Shown piece by piece: positions 60,801-64,000 of a stretch of 64,000 bases of DNA. The stretch lies in the sequence record MT446422.1. The stretch is one strand, 5' to 3'. Position 1 is the stretch's first letter. Every line of letters begins with the position of its first letter. The notes beneath the pieces were generated by a model. The model made no database searches, was not told the origin of the DNA, and saw only the letters and a program-made list of their open reading frames with translations. The position numbers were made by a program, and so were the translations under genes. Source of the stretch: Escherichia virus TH57.

Positions 60801-61692
60801 ACAGTTTTTCAGTGGCATTATAAACGAAGAAACCATCACCAGTAGTACGGAATTCCATACTGTGCTGGCCCTGTTTACCCAGAGAGCTTGACTCGTCAAA
60901 CGTTTCAACATCCAGGTGGTATAATGGCCCTAATCCATCTATATCTACTGATTTGACAATATCGCCTTGGTTAGCATACTTAGGAAGAATAAATGTAATT
61001 TTTTCTGCAGTCGTATAATGACGCATAATAAAATCTGATGCTTGAGTTCGATATTTACCAGAGCTTGGTTCAATTCTTATTCCGCGTTCTTCGTTACCTG
61101 CTTCCCAGAACTGCCATAAACGGTTAGAGAAAATAAGCATATTATAAGAGAACGGCTTACTGATTAATACTTCAGTAAATTGGTTACCGAAACGGACAAT
61201 CTTTTGGTTACCTTGACCAGGCACATTGCTCGATTGAACTTTGATTTCATTATAACCGGTATTACCGCCGATATCTTTAATAACGATGGTATCACCATCA
61301 GTCGGGTTCGGAGGCAATGTAAATGTGGTAAAGCTTGCAGCTGAGTCGACTGCGATAAATTCCCCGGAGCGAAGCTGACGAGTTGGTGATGCAACAGTTT
61401 CCCATTTCGGGTCAGTACGGGTTGCGGTCCAATATTGCTGAACAAACGGGCCAGCTGGTTCTGCGATTTCACGTTGGGAAACCCAAATACGGTTATCATA
61501 GATAACTGCAAAATCTTTCTTATATCCGCGTGTTGCATCATATTGTTGAATTGTGTTTTCTTCTATAAAGAAGTCTACGTTTACGCCGTCTGACAAAACT
61601 GAGAAATCAGCTTTCGCGACATTAATGACTTTCTCACCAGCAGCATCGAGACCGGATGTTGCTCTGAATGCTGGTTTTAAAATATCGGCCAT
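57817..61692 (-). CDS. 34: Long tail fibre proximal subunit gp34
   Basis: 1291 aa (T4 1289 aa). Repeated ~40-aa motif ATExxxG(I/L)xxxATxxExxxGTDDxxxxTPxxL. TATAAATA upstream. Confidence 0.95.
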   Translation of the reverse strand: MADILKPAFRATSGLDAAGEKVINVAKADFSVLSDGVNVDFFIEENTIQQYDATRGYKKDFAVIYDNRIWVSQREIAEPAGPFVQQYWTATRTDPKWETVASPTRQLRSGEFIAVDSAASFTTFTLPPNPTDGDTIVIKDIGGNTGYNEIKVQSSNVPGQGNQKIVRFGNQFTEVLISKPFSYNMLIFSNRLWQFWEAGNEERGIRIEPSSGKYRTQASDFIMRHYTTAEKITFILPKYANQGDIVKSVDIDGLGPLYHLDVETFDESSSLGKQGQHSMEFRTTGDGFFVYNATEKLWVPWDGDNKTRLRVIRDSVKLLPNESIIVFGNDNNTSQTINIDLPTGVRSGDVVKIALNYLRKAQTVNIKASATDKIASSVQLLQFPKRSEYPPDTEWVLVDSLTFNGNISYTPVIELSYLEDTDNNINYWVVAQNVPTVERVDSKDDLTRARLGVIALANQAQANVDHENNPEKELAITPQTLANRVATESRRGIARIANTAQVNQDTTFAFQDDIIVSPKKLNERTATETRRGLAEIATQQETDAGTDDTTIITPRKLQARQGSESLSGIVKYVPTTGTTPAASRITVGTNVYNKNTTNLVISPKALDQYKADQNNQGAVYLATQSEVNAGATNIGFSNSVVTPETLGARRATDSNHGLIEIATQVETNAGTDYTRAVTPKTLNDRKATESLSGIAEIATQSEFDTGTDDTRIATPLKIKTRFNNTARTSVIAASGLVETGTLWDHYTLNILEANETQRGTARLATQLEVNTGTDDKTIVTPLKLMSKKATEDTEGIVRIATRAETIAGTSSVLAVSPVSLKWIAQSEPTWAATTTTRGFAKMSEGAITFVGNATAGSTQALDLYEKNSYAISPYELNKTLGNFLPRLAKAVDSDKLDNLDSTQFIRRDVAQDINATMTFKQPVRIESTLTVTGVVNLSGSVTSNNTTLTGATTINSNSTVGALNYIEFTSESQGSGTWNSQHDSNVKAPVFLNITTPSGSSRYVPLIKQRYKDGTFTFGTLINEPTSNDEGAFILHYIDSVKPQRKWTFRRNGDLEITAGNFVLGNGSAIINGGLSVTKASGITTTGLVANSESRFEGAVTINNFLTVSNKATLNNGLAVQKYARVTGDKTSDIYSRKPTMDNAGFWSIDINDSATYNQFPGYFKMVEKTNEVTGLPYLVRGEEVKSPGTLTQFGNTLNSLYQDWITYPNTADGSTTRWTRTWQQNKNAWSGFVQVFDGGNPPQPSDIGALPSDNASMSNLTIRDWLRIGNVRIVPDPVTKSVKFEWIDTP

Positions 61693-61722
61693 GTGCTTTA
61701 TCCTTATTGATTGGTATACGTG

Positions 61723-61730
61723 TATTTATA
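61723..61730 (-). promoter_or_regulatory. late promoter (gene 34)
   Basis: TATAAATA on the - strand, 30 nt before the gene 34 start. Confidence 0.8.
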
Positions 61731-61731
61731 T

Positions 61732-61756
61732 TGCTTTAAAAATTTTATGCTAATAT
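61732..61756 (+). promoter_or_regulatory. MotA-dependent middle promoter (rnh)
   Basis: TGCTTTA 61732-61738, 12-nt spacer, TAATAT 61751-61756. Back to back with the gene 34 late promoter. Confidence 0.6.
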
Positions 61757-61787
61757 AATCGAGTCAACTAATTGAACAGAGGTTCAT

Positions 61788-62732
61788 ATGAATTTAGATT
61801 TTTTACTCCCTGAAGAAGACCGTCAAAAAGATGGTTTTCTGTTACTCGATTTTAGCCAGCTTATCATGGCAGCAGCCTTCCAGGAATTCGGTAAAGACGC
61901 AGGCTTCCCTAAGGTGACAACCGCAATGACCAGACATCTGGTTCTGAACTCTATCAGAAAAAACATTGTACAGTTTAAAAAGCTCGGTTATACAATCCCA
62001 ATTATTTGTGTTGATAATTCAAAGAATGGTTATTGGCGCCGCACGAAATCTTATTATTATAAGAAAAACCGTGCAAAAGCCCGTGAAGAGTCACAATTTG
62101 ATTGGGAAGGCCTACATGCTGCCATGCACATCATCATTGATGAAATGGAAAAACACATGCCTTACATCGTGATGAATATGGATAAAATTGAGGCTGATGA
62201 CCATATTGCGGTATTAACGAAGTTGCTCACCGGTCTCGGGCATCCGGTTATGATTGTTTCTTCGGATGGTGACTTTACCCAGCTGCATAAATTCCCTGGG
62301 GTAAAACAATGGTCTCCGATGCAGAAAAAATATGTCAAAACCAAATCAGGCGATGCCCTTATGGATTGCGTGACCAAGGTTGTTAAAGGTGACAAAAAAG
62401 ATAACGTGTCGAGCATCAAAGTTCGTGGTGATTTTTATTACACTCATGAAGAAGGTGAACGTACTCCACCGACCCGCGCAGCTGAACTTGAACAAATTGC
62501 ACTCAACTATTACGACCATGACGTTTTGAAAACGCTTTTAACAGAAGAGCAATATAATAGATTCTGTGAAAACCAATTGTTGATTGATATGGACTTTATT
62601 CCAACGGAAATATCCGCTTCAATCTTAGAACGATATAATAACTACACTATCCCAGCCAAAAGTAAAGTTTATCCTTACTTTGTTAAGTCTGGTCTGTCTA
62701 AACTAACTGCAAATATTGCTGAATTTTATTAA
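61788..62732 (+). CDS. rnh: RNase H (5'-3' exonuclease / flap endonuclease)
   Basis: 314 aa. YWRR..YYYKKNR.KAREES.FDWEG, EADDHIAVL, SSDGDFTQLHK and GDKKDNV match recalled T4 RNase H. Confidence 0.95.
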   Translation: MNLDFLLPEEDRQKDGFLLLDFSQLIMAAAFQEFGKDAGFPKVTTAMTRHLVLNSIRKNIVQFKKLGYTIPIICVDNSKNGYWRRTKSYYYKKNRAKAREESQFDWEGLHAAMHIIIDEMEKHMPYIVMNMDKIEADDHIAVLTKLLTGLGHPVMIVSSDGDFTQLHKFPGVKQWSPMQKKYVKTKSGDALMDCVTKVVKGDKKDNVSSIKVRGDFYYTHEEGERTPPTRAAELEQIALNYYDHDVLKTLLTEEQYNRFCENQLLIDMDFIPTEISASILERYNNYTIPAKSKVYPYFVKSGLSKLTANIAEFY

Positions 62733-62740
62733 GGTATATT

Positions 62741-63010
62741 ATGAAAGAGAAAAAAGTGAAAGTTGAATTTTGTCCTGATACTCATGGCGCTGAACTGGCC
62801 AAGCTGATTAAAGCTGCTTCCGATACCAAATTAAAAATGGAAGCATATGCAGACGAAATTAAAGACCTTAAAGATAAGGCAAAAACTGAATTAGGCGTTG
62901 ACGGTAAGATGTTCAATACACAGCTCGGCCTGTATCATAAAGGCACTCGTGAACGTTTTGAAGATGAAAAAACCGAAGCTGTGGAGCTCTATGATGTCCT
63001 CTTTAGTTAA
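62741..63010 (+). CDS. dsbA: Double-stranded DNA-binding protein DsbA
   Basis: 89 aa, as in T4. ELGVDGKMFN...LYHK...VELYD matches recalled T4 DsbA. Confidence 0.88.
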   Translation: MKEKKVKVEFCPDTHGAELAKLIKAASDTKLKMEAYADEIKDLKDKAKTELGVDGKMFNTQLGLYHKGTRERFEDEKTEAVELYDVLFS

Positions 63011-63284
63011 TTTCGATACACAGAAAACTGAATCGCCTTCCGGGGCGATTAGTAAGCAGCAAAACGGGCTTGATATTGAAGCCATGGTTGAGTCAACTGA
63101 AATGTCTTATCTGGAAGCTGCGACTGCCTGGTTGGAAGAACGTGGAATTCCTGAAGGTAATTTTGCGCGATACATTCCTGCGGGAATCATTGATAAGATT
63201 ATGAACGAAGCCTATGATGATAACCTGCTTCGTCCGAGTATGTCTCGTACACAGAAAACTAATACGCTGGACTTTTTGTTATGA
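62991..63284 (+). CDS. 33: Late-transcription co-activator gp33
   Basis: MSYLEAATAWLEE...IPEG.FA.YIP.GII.KI...NLLRPS...KTNTLDFLL (clamp-binding tail) matches recalled T4 gp33. Start uncertain: ATG 62991 behind GGAG, with alternatives 62964 and 62898. Confidence 0.85.
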   Translation: MMSSLVNFDTQKTESPSGAISKQQNGLDIEAMVESTEMSYLEAATAWLEERGIPEGNFARYIPAGIIDKIMNEAYDDNLLRPSMSRTQKTNTLDFLL

Positions 63285-63948
63285 TTACGATTCGCATGCC
63301 TCCAAATAACAACCGATACATAAATGGTAAATCAGTATATCAACTGTACTTATCCATCAAACAGCATTTTTCGGGTCGTTATGATATTATCAAATATAAC
63401 TGGACCATGCGAATCTCCGATAGTGCTTATCAAAAACGTCGTGATAAGTATTTTTTCGAAAAGCTTAGTGATAAGTACACTCTCAAAGAATTAACGTTAA
63501 TATTCATGTCAAACCTGGTCGCGAACCAGGATGCATGGATAGGCGATATAAGTGATGCCGATGCTCTGATATTTTATAGGGAATACATCGGCAGACTTAA
63601 AAGAATTAGACAAGTATACGAAGATGATATAAAGAATATCTATTACTTCAGTAAGAAAGTCGAAGTCAAATCGCTTCAAGAGATTTTCGAGATAATACTA
63701 AAGTGAATACAAGTTATATTTTCAAACTTCTCCAATCGAATGTTATCTCATTTGAAACGTTTTGTTTGCTTGATTCATTTTTAGATATTATAAATAAACA
63801 TGATGAACAGACTAACGACTTGGTTTGGGAAAAGTATTCAACCAAACTAAATGCCTATAAGAAAATCTTAAATATCGATTCTCTTGAAGCTCGTAAATTG
63901 TTCATCGAGACCGTTAAAAACTGTCAAATAACGCTTCAAGCACTTTGA
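63281..63948 (+). pseudogene. 59: Helicase-loading protein gp59, reading frame interrupted by an apparent 1-nt deletion near 63692
   Basis: ORF 63281..63706 matches recalled T4 gp59 residues 1 to about 139 (IRMP...YINGKSVYQLYL...NLVANQDAWIGDISDADAL.FYREYIGRLK...YYFSKKVEV). It then ends EIFEIILK*. ORF 63703..63948, in another frame, continues with SYIFKLLQSNVISFETF...DKHDEQT. Inserting one T after GAG (63689-63691) restores EIFEYNTKVNTSYIF. Confidence 0.8.
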
Positions 63949-64000
63949 AGTATAATTAATACGTAATCAAAACAACTGCTAAAAATCAAATAATCTAAGG

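Noticed and set aside
63680-63710. Programmed -1 ribosomal frameshift as the explanation for the split gene 59
   Set aside because: No X-XXY-YYZ slippery heptamer in the zero frame and no downstream pseudoknot or hairpin. A 1-nt indel, real or a sequencing error, is the simpler explanation.
1-64000. Scan for tRNA genes, CRISPR arrays, transposase or integrase genes
   Set aside because: I saw no cloverleaf-like conserved GTTCGAATC/TPsiC motifs in intergenic DNA. The only regularly spaced repeats are the promoter cassettes. No recombinase-like ORFs. This was by-eye inspection only.

Overview
The window is a contiguous piece of a T4-like (T-even, Straboviridae-type) myovirus genome. It is colinear with the T4 map but in the opposite orientation to the standard T4 numbering. 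No tool was run: every homology statement rests on motifs visible in the translations and on my recollection of T4 and RB69 protein sequences.

Gene content:
- + strand, early and middle genes in order: 49, nrdD, nrdG, small ORFs, 55, 47, 46, 45, 44, 62, regA, 43, imm, uvsX, 40, 41, a dmd/sp accessory cluster, 61, 56, soc, two Mod-type ADP-ribosyltransferases, srd, dda, dexA, motB-like, an unsplit gene 39 (39+60 fused), rIIA, rIIB, denB-like, ndd, stp, ac, 52, motA, arn-like, asiA.
- - strand, late block: holin t, then 38, 37, 36, 35, 34 (long tail fibres).
- + strand again at the right end: rnh, dsbA, 33 and 59.

Regulatory grammar is readable directly in the sequence:
- about 15 early promoters of the form GTGTACA-N17-TATAAT
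- 8 MotA-box middle promoters
- 6 perfect and 2 near-consensus TATAAATA late promoters
- many GC-stem/TTCG-loop terminators
- a gp43 operator hairpin and a gene-49 SD-sequestering hairpin

Observations most worth follow-up:
1. The 41-61 interval is an accessory, probably counter-defence, island. It holds a truncated Mod-like mini-ART fold, dmd plus a dmd-like paralog, sp, two ORFs with an identical C-terminal tail, and a late-promoter-driven 55-aa ORF carrying an internal-protein capsid-targeting sequence.
2. A reverse-strand small membrane ORF with its own late-like promoter sits between 61 and 56.
3. An imm / small TM peptide / lipoprotein cluster sits where T4 has 42 and beta-gt.
4. A 40-bp tandem duplication lies at the dexA start.
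5. Gene 59 carries an apparent 1-nt frameshift.
6. A 12-bp hairpin buries the SD of ORF 43440.
7. A repeated PeSL-like promoter/leader cassette family flanks most of the non-core ORFs.

I saw no tRNA genes, CRISPR array, intron or homing-endonuclease gene.
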